A stretch of DNA of 64,000 nt, from assembly GCA_023386345.1 (NCBI GenBank), contig JAEWJT010000004.1, forward strand, positions 318,485 through 382,484, read 5' to 3'. Of this stretch, positions 47,530-56,277 are shown in pieces (position 1 is the first letter of the stretch; every line of letters starts with the position of its first letter). The position numbers and the translations under genes were made by a program. This stretch comes from Bacillota bacterium. GTDB taxonomy: Bacteria; Bacillota; Clostridia; Tissierellales; Sedimentibacteraceae. The notes under the pieces are model-generated. The model saw only the letters and a list, made by a program, of their open reading frames with translations. It was not told where the DNA came from and searched no databases.

Positions 47530-48350
47530 TGATGAACTGTAATGAAATAACTAATAAATATTTTAGAGAAGGCAAATTACCTCATATTTGGTGTCCAGGC
47601 TGTGGACATGGAATTATATTAAATGCAGTAGTTAGAGCAATTGATAATTTAGGCTTAAATAAAGATGAGGTTTGTGTAGTATCAGGTATAGGCTGTTCAT
47701 CAAGAGCGCCAGGATATTTAGATTTCAATACATTACACACTACACATGGTAGAGCATTAGCATTTGCAACAGGTGTTAAGCATGCTAACCCTAATTTACA
47801 CGTAATAGTAATTACTGGAGACGGAGATGCTTCTGCAATCGGAGGTAATCACTTAATTCATGCAGCACGTAGAAACATTGATATAACTACTATATGTTTT
47901 AACAATAATATATACGGTATGACAGGCGGACAATATTCACCTACAACACCATCAGGAGATTTAGCTACTACAGCTCCTTTTGGAAATATAGACAGAGCAT
48001 TTGACTTATGCTCATTAGCACAAGGAGCAGGAGCTACTTATGTTGGAAGAGCTACAGCATATCATGCTACACAGCTTACAACATTAGTAGAAAAAGCAAT
48101 ACAAAATAAAGGATTTTCATTCATAGAAGCTATAAGCGTATGTCCAACATATTATGGAAGAAAAAATAAAAAGGGAGCAGCACCTGCTATGTTAAATTTC
48201 CTAAAAGACACTTGTGCTGATAAGAAAGCTGTTGAGAGAAAACCTGAATTAGGTGAAAACAAAATAATTATAGGTGAGTTATACAACAATCCACAACCTG
48301 AATATACTGAAAATTACAAAAAAATAGTTGAGAAGTTTCAACAACAATAG
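47529..48350 (+). CDS. korB: 2-oxoacid:ferredoxin oxidoreductase beta subunit (TPP-binding)
   Basis: WCPGCGHG, GIGCS, GDGD...GGNH motifs. Confidence 0.92.
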   Translation: MMNCNEITNKYFREGKLPHIWCPGCGHGIILNAVVRAIDNLGLNKDEVCVVSGIGCSSRAPGYLDFNTLHTTHGRALAFATGVKHANPNLHVIVITGDGDASAIGGNHLIHAARRNIDITTICFNNNIYGMTGGQYSPTTPSGDLATTAPFGNIDRAFDLCSLAQGAGATYVGRATAYHATQLTTLVEKAIQNKGFSFIEAISVCPTYYGRKNKKGAAPAMLNFLKDTCADKKAVERKPELGENKIIIGELYNNPQPEYTENYKKIVEKFQQQ

Positions 48351-48361
48351 GGAATGGTAAA

Positions 48362-48443
48362 AGAGTGAAGAAAAAACACTCTTCACTCTATAGAAGAATC
48401 GATACGATTCTTCATCAAATTAGATGACGCCACGAAGTGGCGT
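48362..48443 (+). repeat. three stem-loops in the korB-korC spacer
   Basis: Hairpins at 48362-48389 (10-bp stem), 48393-48413 (GAAGAATCG-ata-CGATTCTTC) and 48427-48443 (ACGCCAC-gaa-GTGGCGT), ending 4 nt before the GGAGG RBS of korC. Confidence 0.65.
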
Positions 48444-48458
48444 ATACTGGAGGTAACC

Positions 48459-49007
48459 ATGTTTCAAAAAAGAGAAATGAGATTAAGCGGATCTGGTGGA
48501 CAGGGAGTTATACTTGCCGCTATAATATTTGCAGATGCTGCAATTGAGGATGGCTTAAATGCTATACAAACACAGTCATATGGTCCTGAGGCAAGAGGAG
48601 GAGCAAGTAAGGCTGAGGTTATAATAAATGATAAAGAAATAAATTATCCAAAGGTAATGAAAAACAATTTACTATTATCTTTAACACAAAAATCTTTTGA
48701 CCAATATATAGGTTCTTTAGACGAGAACGGTGTTTTAGTTGTAGACGAAGATGTTGAAGTTCCAGAAAATGTTAAAGCATCAAAAGTTTACAGATTACCA
48801 ATAATTAGAACTGCTGATGAAAAAGTAGGTACTCATGTAGTTGCAAACATCGTTTCAATTGGTGTTATATATGAAATCATGTGTAAAGACATAATAAAGC
48901 TTGAAACGATTAAAGCTTCAATAGCAAACAGAGTTCCAAAGGCTACAATTGATAAAAATATGCAGGCATTTGAAGAGGGCGTTAATTTAGTAAAGGCAAT
49001 GGCATAA
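48459..49007 (+). CDS. korC: 2-oxoacid:ferredoxin oxidoreductase gamma subunit
   Basis: GSGGQGVILAA...SYGPEARGG motifs. Confidence 0.92.
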   Translation: MFQKREMRLSGSGGQGVILAAIIFADAAIEDGLNAIQTQSYGPEARGGASKAEVIINDKEINYPKVMKNNLLLSLTQKSFDQYIGSLDENGVLVVDEDVEVPENVKASKVYRLPIIRTADEKVGTHVVANIVSIGVIYEIMCKDIIKLETIKASIANRVPKATIDKNMQAFEEGVNLVKAMA

Positions 49008-49022
49008 GGATAGCAAATTTTT

Positions 49023-49080
49023 AGAGGTATATCAAGTGAAAGCTTATTAAAAGTTTTCGTATTGATATGCCTCTTTATGA
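49023..49080 (+). terminator. long stem-loop after korC, probable terminator
   Basis: 13-bp stem AGAGGTATATCAA / TTGATATGCCTCT (one U.G pair) followed by TTTAT. Confidence 0.5.
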
Positions 49081-49107
49081 ATAAAAATTATATGGAGTGA
49101 AGATAAA

Positions 49108-49980
49108 ATGAACAATACATCGGATTTAATAACTCTAATTCAAAATAATTACAACGATTTTAGTAAAGGTCAAAAAATGATAGCTGATTTTATAACTAAG
49201 CATTATGATAAAGCTGCTTTTATGACTGCATCTAAAATCGGAGAAACGGTTGATGTAAGTGAATCAACAGTAGTTAGATTTGCAAGCGCACTCGGTTTTA
49301 AAGGCTTTCCGGAATTGCAGCAGTCATTACAGGTTTTAATTAAAAACAAATTGACAACAGTACAAAGAATAGGCTTAGATGATGATATAAACAAAGATAC
49401 TGAAAAATTTCACAAAAGAATAATAAGAAATGAAATGAACGGTATAAAATATATGATGGATAATATTGATGCTAGTGCTCTTGATAGAGCAACAGAGCTT
49501 ATTTCCTCTGCAAATAAGGTGTATATACTAGGTATGAGAACATCTTCGACACTTGCAAACTATTTAGGCTTTTATTTAGATGTTATGCTGGATAATGTAA
49601 AGGTTTTAAATAACACGGGAGTAAATGCACTTTTTGAACAAATTATTAGAGTTAAAGAGGATGATGTTCTCATTTGTATTAGCTTTCCAAGGTATTCCAA
49701 TAGCACGATAGATGCAACTAAGATGATTAAAGAGAAAAAAGCTAAAATAATTACAATAACCGATACTGAAGCTTCACCATTTTGTGATTTAGCTGACGTT
49801 GTCTTACTTGCAAAAAACAATATAGTATCGTTTGTGGACTCCTTAGTCGTTCCAATGTGCATGATTAACAGTCTAATCCTAAACATAGGTGCAAAAGGGA
49901 AAAAAGATATACTGCAGTATTTCAATGATCTAGAAAATCTATGGGATAAACATAGTATATATCAACAGGATAAAAACTAA
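49108..49980 (+). CDS. MurR/RpiR-family transcriptional regulator (HTH_6 plus SIS)
   Basis: N-terminal SKGQKMIADFI...VSESTVVRFASALGFKGFPELQ. C-terminal SIS domain. Confidence 0.9.
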   Translation: MNNTSDLITLIQNNYNDFSKGQKMIADFITKHYDKAAFMTASKIGETVDVSESTVVRFASALGFKGFPELQQSLQVLIKNKLTTVQRIGLDDDINKDTEKFHKRIIRNEMNGIKYMMDNIDASALDRATELISSANKVYILGMRTSSTLANYLGFYLDVMLDNVKVLNNTGVNALFEQIIRVKEDDVLICISFPRYSNSTIDATKMIKEKKAKIITITDTEASPFCDLADVVLLAKNNIVSFVDSLVVPMCMINSLILNIGAKGKKDILQYFNDLENLWDKHSIYQQDKN

Positions 49981-49987
49981 TAAATTT

Positions 49988-50035
49988 ATGCCTTACGATT
50001 ATAATCGTATATTATAATCATAAGGCATTTTTTTC
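49988..50035 (+). terminator. Rho-independent terminator
   Basis: 18-bp stem ATGCCTTACGATTATAAT / ATTATAATCATAAGGCAT (one mismatch) plus a T7 run at 50029-50035. Confidence 0.85.
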
Positions 50036-50083
50036 TTGTTAAATTTCAAATAATATATTATAATATATGGGGAGTGATTTTAA

Positions 50084-50446
50084 ATTAAACAGTATGCTAT
50101 ACGCGGAGCAATAACAATAGAAGAAGATACTATTGAACATATTAGAGTTAACACAATAAATATGCTAAAGCAAATTTTAAATGAAAATAATGTCAGCGTT
50201 GATGATTGTGTTAGCTTAATTTTTACTGCTACAAATGACATAACGAAGGCATATCCAGCTAAATTTGCTAGAGAGATAGGTTTTGTCAATTGTAGCTTAA
50301 TGTGTGTTCAAGAAATGTATGTAGAAAATAGCTTAGAAATGTGCATTAGAGTTATGGTAACAATAAATAAAGAAGAAAATGATTTTAAGGCAAAGCATAT
50401 ATATCTAAAGAAAGCACAAAATCTAAGACCTGATTTGATTAATTAA
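50084..50446 (+). CDS. aroH: AroH-type chorismate mutase with an apparent ATT start
   Basis: The frame is open from 50084 and encodes (I)KQYAIRGAITIEEDTIEH..., matching the conserved AroH N-terminus (IRGATTVERDT in B. subtilis). The first canonical start (ATG 50162) would delete it. GGGGAG at 50069-50074 lies 9 nt before ATT 50084. Confidence 0.75.
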   Translation: MKQYAIRGAITIEEDTIEHIRVNTINMLKQILNENNVSVDDCVSLIFTATNDITKAYPAKFAREIGFVNCSLMCVQEMYVENSLEMCIRVMVTINKEENDFKAKHIYLKKAQNLRPDLIN

Positions 50447-50471
50447 AAAATAATAAAGGATTTGAACTAAA

Positions 50472-51116
50472 ATGATAATAGCTATAGATGGACCTTCTGG
50501 GGCTGGTAAAAGTACAGTTGCTAAGCTGTTAAGCAAGCAGCTTAATTTTGAATATATTGATACTGGTGCGATGTATAGAGCATTTGCATATAAACTTTAT
50601 AAGAATAATTTAAGTATAACGCAAGAAAACATAAGCAAAGCTTTGCTTGAAACTGATATTGATTATGTTGGTAACAATGTTTATTTAGATGGTGAAAACG
50701 TTGAAGATTACATACGAAATGAGAATATTTCAAAACTCGCCTCTGATATATCAAAGATACAAGCAGTTAGAGAAAAATTAGTAGAGCTTCAAAGAAAGAT
50801 TGCAAGCACTAAGGATATTGTACTAGACGGAAGAGATATAACTACAGTTGTCTTTCCAAACGCAGAGTTTAAGTTTTATGTAACAGCAAGTGCAAAGACT
50901 CGTGCTGAAAGAAGATATAGTGAGCTTATAAAAAAAGATGAAAAGGTCACCTTAGAAGAAGTTTTAAATGATATAAATAAAAGAGACCATAATGATATGA
51001 CAAGAGAAAATTCACCTCTTAAAATAGCAGATAATGCAATTGTGGTGGATACCTCAGAGTCGTCAATAGAGGAAGTAACAAAAAAACTTGTTAAGATAAT
51101 TCGAGGTGATAAATAA
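50472..51116 (+). CDS. cmk: cytidylate kinase
   Basis: IIAIDGPSGAGKSTVAK, DTGAMYRA motifs. Confidence 0.96.
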   Translation: MIIAIDGPSGAGKSTVAKLLSKQLNFEYIDTGAMYRAFAYKLYKNNLSITQENISKALLETDIDYVGNNVYLDGENVEDYIRNENISKLASDISKIQAVREKLVELQRKIASTKDIVLDGRDITTVVFPNAEFKFYVTASAKTRAERRYSELIKKDEKVTLEEVLNDINKRDHNDMTRENSPLKIADNAIVVDTSESSIEEVTKKLVKIIRGDK

Positions 51117-51706
51117 TGTTTTATACAATAGCAAGTTCCATAGCAAGACTTGTATTTTTAGTCATCTTTAGGGTTAAGCTTGTTAATGCAGAAAATTTTA
51201 ACAATACAAAGGGAAGATGTATAATTTGCTGCAATCATATATCGAATTTTGATCCATTAATATTAGCCTGTTTTACTAAAAGACAGATTAGCTTTATGGG
51301 TAAAAAAGAGTTATTTAAGATTCCGGTGCTTAAATCTTTAATAAAATGGTTAAATGTTTTTCCTGTAGACAGAACAGGTGTTACAGTGTCGTCAATGAAG
51401 CATGCGGTTTCCGTTTTAAAAGAAGGTAAGGTTCTTGGCATATTCCCGGAAGGTACAAGAGTAAAGAGCTATGATGAAAACAATGCAAAAGCAGGGATTT
51501 CAATGATAGCAAATATGGCTGATTCTTTAATTGTTCCTGTATTTATAAAATCTAAGTACAGGCTATTTAGTAAGATTGAAGTAGTATTTGGAGAACCGAC
51601 AAATTATTTTGAGGGAATTGAGGGAAGAATAAACTCTGAGCTTCATACACAGATTGGGAAAAAAATATTAAAGGATATATATTCTTTAGAAAATAGATTA
51701 AATTAA
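51116..51706 (+). CDS. plsC: 1-acyl-sn-glycerol-3-phosphate acyltransferase
   Basis: NHISNFDP (HX4D) and FPEGTR motifs. Confidence 0.92.
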   Translation: MFYTIASSIARLVFLVIFRVKLVNAENFNNTKGRCIICCNHISNFDPLILACFTKRQISFMGKKELFKIPVLKSLIKWLNVFPVDRTGVTVSSMKHAVSVLKEGKVLGIFPEGTRVKSYDENNAKAGISMIANMADSLIVPVFIKSKYRLFSKIEVVFGEPTNYFEGIEGRINSELHTQIGKKILKDIYSLENRLN

Positions 51707-51763
51707 TAAATTATTGTTAGAATATATACTGTGTATTAGTATAAGAAAGGAATATAAACTATC

Positions 51764-52645
51764 ATGGAAATAATAAAAGCAGAACACATGGGATTTTGCT
51801 TTGGAGTTAAAAATGCTGTTGATTGTGCTATAAAATCACTGGATGAATTTGGAAAAATATACAGCTATGGAGAGATAATTCATAACAAGGATGTAGTAGA
51901 ATTCTTGGCTGACAAAGGTCTACAAGTAATTGATGACAAAGATGCAGCAAGTTTTTCAGAAGACTCAATTGACAAAATAGATGCCAAAGTACTAATTCGC
52001 TCACATGGTGTATCTAAAAAAATTATAGATTTTTTAGAAGAGCATAATCTTGAATATATAAATGCTACCTGTCCAAAGGTCAAAAGCATACATAAAATAG
52101 TCAGTAAATATAGCTCTCAAGGTTATGAAATTATAGTTGTAGGTGATAAATTTCATCCAGAGATTATAGGAATAGTAGGTTGGATAGAAGGAAAATATCA
52201 TATTGCTGAAAATCTTGAAAAATTAAGACAAATTAATATAGATAAAGAAAAAAAATACTGTTTAGTATGTCAAACAACATTTAATTATAATATTTTAAAA
52301 GAAATAGTTGAATTTTTGGAAAAAAACGATTATACTAATATAGTGATTAATAATACAATTTGTGATGCTACGCTAAAAAGGCAAAAATCTTGCTATGAAG
52401 TAGCTGGAAATTGTGATATAATGCTTGTTATAGGCGGAAAAAACAGCTCAAATACTAAAAAGCTGTATGAAATGTGCAAAGAAAAATGTGAAAAGACATT
52501 TTTAATTGAAAATTATAAGGAAATACCTTATAAATATATTGATAAAAATACAAGGATAGGGATAACTGCAGGGGCCTCCACTCCTGACTGGGTTATCGAG
52601 GAGGTTATACGAAATGTCAGAGAATCAGAACAAAACAATGAATGA
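51764..52645 (+). CDS. ispH: 4-hydroxy-3-methylbut-2-enyl diphosphate reductase
   Basis: GFCFGV, ATCP, GASTP motifs carrying the three cluster cysteines. Confidence 0.95.
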   Translation: MEIIKAEHMGFCFGVKNAVDCAIKSLDEFGKIYSYGEIIHNKDVVEFLADKGLQVIDDKDAASFSEDSIDKIDAKVLIRSHGVSKKIIDFLEEHNLEYINATCPKVKSIHKIVSKYSSQGYEIIVVGDKFHPEIIGIVGWIEGKYHIAENLEKLRQINIDKEKKYCLVCQTTFNYNILKEIVEFLEKNDYTNIVINNTICDATLKRQKSCYEVAGNCDIMLVIGGKNSSNTKKLYEMCKEKCEKTFLIENYKEIPYKYIDKNTRIGITAGASTPDWVIEEVIRNVRESEQNNE

Positions 52646-54059
52646 GTTAATGGAAGATTATGGTGTTCTAAAAATTAGAACAGGTGAAATCATCAAGGGA
52701 GAGGTAATTTCCGTTTCACCTGAAACCATATCTGTAAATTTAAACTATAAATCTGATGGGATTTTAACCAGAGATGAATACAGTTATGATTTTGTTGAAG
52801 ATTTAACTAAAGTAGTAAATGAAGGCGACATAATTGAAGCTCAGGTTCTTAAGCTTGGTGATCAAGATGGTAATGTAGTTTTGACAAGAAAACCAATCGA
52901 AGAAGCTAAAATATGGGAATCTTTTGAGAACTTAAAGACAGAAAAAACAGTAGTAGAAATGAAAGTAACAGAAGCATCTGAGTTTGGAATATCTGGAAAA
53001 GTTAACGGTATTAAGGGATTTGTTCCTAAACACCAAATTTCAGTGAACAGAAATGTTGATCCTTCAGAATACGTTGGAAAAACTCTTAAAGTTCAAGTTT
53101 TAGATACTGTAAATAAAAAAGGAAGAAGACAGCTTGTTTTAACAGCAAGAGATATTGAAAAGGCAGAAAAAGAAGCAAGAGAAAATGCAGCTTGGGAAAC
53201 TATAAAGGAAGGCGAAATCTATGACGGAACTGTTAAAAATCTACAAGATTACGGTGCATTTGTAGATGTTAACGGCGTTGATGGATTACTTCATATTAAT
53301 GAAATTTCATGGAATAGAATTAAGCATCCGTCAGAGATTTTAAAAGTTGGCGACAAAATAAAAGTTAAGGTTAGAAGTATAGACCTTGAGAAGAAAAAAT
53401 TATCTTTAAGCTACAAGGCAACAATAAAGAGTCCTTGGGCAATATTCTGTGATGAGCATAAGGTAGGAGATGTAGTTACTGGTAAGGTAAGCAGAATTGC
53501 TGACTTTGGTGCATTTGTTACTATTGGCGACACAGACTGTTTATTACACATAAAGGATCTTGCATGGCTAAGAACTGAAAAAGTTACTGATGTTGTAAAT
53601 GTTGGTGATGAGGTTACAGCTAAGATACTAAATATAAGCAAAAAAGAAAGAAAAGTAAGCCTTGGTATGAAGCAATTGGCAGAACATCCTTTCGATATTT
53701 TCGCTAAAGACTTAAATGCAGGAGATGTAATCCCTGTTAAAGTTACAAGAATATCATTAGAAGGTGTTCATGTTGAAGCTAAGGAAGATGTTGATGTGTT
53801 TATCCCTATAGCAAAAGTATCAGCTGAAAAATTAACAACACCAGCTAAAGTTGTAAAAGTTGGTGAACTTAAAGATGCAAAAATTACTAATATAGATAAA
53901 AAAGGTAAAAAATTAGACCTTACATTTATATTAGAAGATAGAAATGACGATGAATTCTCTAACGACAAAGCATCTTATTCTACTCATGATGCAAATGAGC
54001 AAGAATTTACAATCGGAGAGCAAGTAAAAGGCTTAGAAGATTTATTAAAAAATAATTAA
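52614..54059 (+). CDS. rpsA: 30S ribosomal protein S1 (four S1 repeats visible)
   Basis: Repeated GxV...GAFV..G..GLLHIxE S1 modules. ATG 52614 lies 9 nt after GAGGAGG and overlaps ispH by 32 nt. Confidence 0.9.
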   Translation: MSENQNKTMNELMEDYGVLKIRTGEIIKGEVISVSPETISVNLNYKSDGILTRDEYSYDFVEDLTKVVNEGDIIEAQVLKLGDQDGNVVLTRKPIEEAKIWESFENLKTEKTVVEMKVTEASEFGISGKVNGIKGFVPKHQISVNRNVDPSEYVGKTLKVQVLDTVNKKGRRQLVLTARDIEKAEKEARENAAWETIKEGEIYDGTVKNLQDYGAFVDVNGVDGLLHINEISWNRIKHPSEILKVGDKIKVKVRSIDLEKKKLSLSYKATIKSPWAIFCDEHKVGDVVTGKVSRIADFGAFVTIGDTDCLLHIKDLAWLRTEKVTDVVNVGDEVTAKILNISKKERKVSLGMKQLAEHPFDIFAKDLNAGDVIPVKVTRISLEGVHVEAKEDVDVFIPIAKVSAEKLTTPAKVVKVGELKDAKITNIDKKGKKLDLTFILEDRNDDEFSNDKASYSTHDANEQEFTIGEQVKGLEDLLKNN

Positions 54060-54070
54060 TATTAAATGAT

Positions 54071-54110
54071 ATATTGCTTTGGTATTATCTTAATTCCAAA
54101 GCAATATTTA
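54071..54110 (+). terminator. stem-loop after rpsA, probable terminator
   Basis: 12-bp stem ATATTGCTTTGG / CCAAAGCAATAT followed by a T-rich tail. Confidence 0.5.
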
Positions 54111-54129
54111 TACTTATGGAGGAATAATT

Positions 54130-55179
54130 ATGTCAAAAACAAAGGATTTTTTGTTTGATATATGCAACAGTGCTTTTGTGTCAGGGCATGAGCATATTAA
54201 TGGACAAGTTTTAGAAAAACATTTTTCTGAACTTACTGATGGCTTTGAAAAAGATAAGTTAGGCAGCTATATTTTTACAAAAAAAGGAAGCAATGATAAA
54301 AAAATAATGCTGGCTGCTCATATCGACGAGATTGGCCTGATGGTTACTGACATACATGATGATGGCTTTTTAAGATTTAGAGCAATTGGAGGCATAAATC
54401 CTGCATCGCTTATAGCACAAGATGTTGTAGTTTTTGCTAAAGAAAAGCTAAGAGGAGTTATAGGTATAAAACCACCACATATAACAAGCGCTGCTGAAAT
54501 GAAAAAGGCTGTTAAAATTGATGATTTATTCATTGATATTGGAATGTCAAAAGAAAAAGCAGAGAAGCTTGTTACAATAGGTGATATTGTAACTATACAT
54601 AGAGAAGCTATGTCACTTGAAAACAACATGGTGACTTGCAAAGCGCTTGACAATAGAGCAGGAGTTGCTGTTATGTACGAGGCTGCTAAGGAGCTTCAAA
54701 AAATAAGTCATAAGAGCAATATATACTTTACAGCTACTACTCAAGAAGAAGTTGGCTTAAGAGGTGCAACAAGCTCAAGCTATAAAATAAATCCAGATTT
54801 AGCTATAATTTTGGACGTTGGATTTGGAAGCACTCCAGAGCTATCATCAGCTGATACATTTAAAATGGGTAAAGGTGGCGGAATATGCTTAGGAGCTAAC
54901 TTTAATCCAAAACTGACAAAAAAATTAAGAGATGTGGCTAAACAATATAATTATGAAACACAATTAGAAATAGCACCAGACTACAGTGGTACTGATGCAA
55001 TAGCTGTACAGATTGCACAAACAGGAGTTCCATGTGTTCTCATATCCATACCTCTAAGATATATGCACACTTCTGTTGAAGTAGTGAGCATGAATGATAT
55101 AGAAAGCATAGGCTCATTGGTAGCTAGATTTATTAATGAGATTGATAATTCTGATTGGGAGGAGATAACATGTTTTTAA
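54130..55179 (+). CDS. M42-family metallo-aminopeptidase (TET/YsdC/FrvX type), paralog 1
   Basis: AHIDEIGLMV, KALDNRAGV, QEEVGLRGA, RYMHT motifs. Confidence 0.92.
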   Translation: MSKTKDFLFDICNSAFVSGHEHINGQVLEKHFSELTDGFEKDKLGSYIFTKKGSNDKKIMLAAHIDEIGLMVTDIHDDGFLRFRAIGGINPASLIAQDVVVFAKEKLRGVIGIKPPHITSAAEMKKAVKIDDLFIDIGMSKEKAEKLVTIGDIVTIHREAMSLENNMVTCKALDNRAGVAVMYEAAKELQKISHKSNIYFTATTQEEVGLRGATSSSYKINPDLAIILDVGFGSTPELSSADTFKMGKGGGICLGANFNPKLTKKLRDVAKQYNYETQLEIAPDYSGTDAIAVQIAQTGVPCVLISIPLRYMHTSVEVVSMNDIESIGSLVARFINEIDNSDWEEITCF

Positions 55180-56174
55180 AGGATTTAACTTTATTATCCG
55201 GAGTATCAGGATGCGAATTTGAAGTAAGAAATTTTATAAAGAAGAAACTAGAAGAAATTGGCTGCGAATATAAGATAGATAAGCTCGGAAATGTCATAGC
55301 ACATAATAAAGGCAGTAAAAACAGTAAAAAAATAATGATTGCTGCTCATATGGATGAAGTAGGTCTTATGGTTTCATCTATAGATGATGGAGGCTTTATC
55401 AAATTTAAAGCAGTTGGTGGCATAGACAACAGAGTGTTAAATTCGAAGCTTGTTGAAATTGGTGAGAAAAAGATACCTGGAGTTATTGGCTCAAAGGCTA
55501 TTCATCTTATGAGTGAAGATGAAAGAGGAGCATCAATTCCTGTTAAAAGCTTATATATAGATATAGGAAGCAACTCTAAGGAATCTACAGAATCAAAAGT
55601 AAATATTGGCGACTATGTTACATTTAAAAGTGACTATATTGAATTTGGTGACAATTTAATAAAAGCTAAGGCACTTGATGACAGAGTAGGCTGTAGTGCA
55701 ATTCTTGAGCTTTTAGCAATGAAATTAGATGTTGATTTTTATGCTTGCTTTACTGTAATGGAAGAGGTTGGACTCATAGGTGCTAAAGTTGCTGCTGATT
55801 TGATTGAACCAGATTTTGCAATCGTTTTGGAAGGAACTGTATCAGCGGATATGCCAGAGGTTAAAGCTAAGGATAAGGTAACAGTTGTTGGACAAGGTCC
55901 TGCTGTTTCATTGATGGATGCTTCAACTATATATAATATGGATGATGTGAACTTTGTAGCAGAATTGGCTAAGAAAAACAATATACCATATCAATATAGA
56001 AGAGGTAATTCTGGTGGCAATGATGCAGGAGCAATCCATACTAGAAAGGCTGGATGCAGATTAGTTGCTTTCTCAGTTCCATGCAGATATATTCATTCAC
56101 CAATAAGCGTTGCAAGTAAAGACGATTATGAAAATGTAGTTAAACTAGCAAAATTAGTTATTGAAAATATTTAA
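55170..56174 (+). CDS. M42-family metallo-aminopeptidase, paralog 2
   Basis: ATG 55170 follows GGGAGGAG and overlaps paralog 1 by 10 nt. AHMDEVGLMV, KALDDRVGC, MEEVGLIGA, RYIHS. Confidence 0.92.
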   Translation: MFLKDLTLLSGVSGCEFEVRNFIKKKLEEIGCEYKIDKLGNVIAHNKGSKNSKKIMIAAHMDEVGLMVSSIDDGGFIKFKAVGGIDNRVLNSKLVEIGEKKIPGVIGSKAIHLMSEDERGASIPVKSLYIDIGSNSKESTESKVNIGDYVTFKSDYIEFGDNLIKAKALDDRVGCSAILELLAMKLDVDFYACFTVMEEVGLIGAKVAADLIEPDFAIVLEGTVSADMPEVKAKDKVTVVGQGPAVSLMDASTIYNMDDVNFVAELAKKNNIPYQYRRGNSGGNDAGAIHTRKAGCRLVAFSVPCRYIHSPISVASKDDYENVVKLAKLVIENI

Positions 56175-56202
56175 GAGGACAGGTTAAAAAAATAATAAAT
56201 AA

Positions 56203-56277
56203 AGAAAGGATATGCACCGAGCCCATGCACATATGTTTCATGGCGCTAAATAAAATAGGTGCATGGGCATAATTATG
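56203..56277 (+). promoter_or_regulatory. compact leader element, a paralog of the 3' part of the glyQS leader
   Basis: The 5' box at 56203-56223 is 20/21 identical to 9362-9382. The 3' box at 56258-56277 is 17/20 identical to 9456-9475. Two mutually exclusive helices involve the SD-like AGGTG and the first ATG. Confidence 0.45.
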
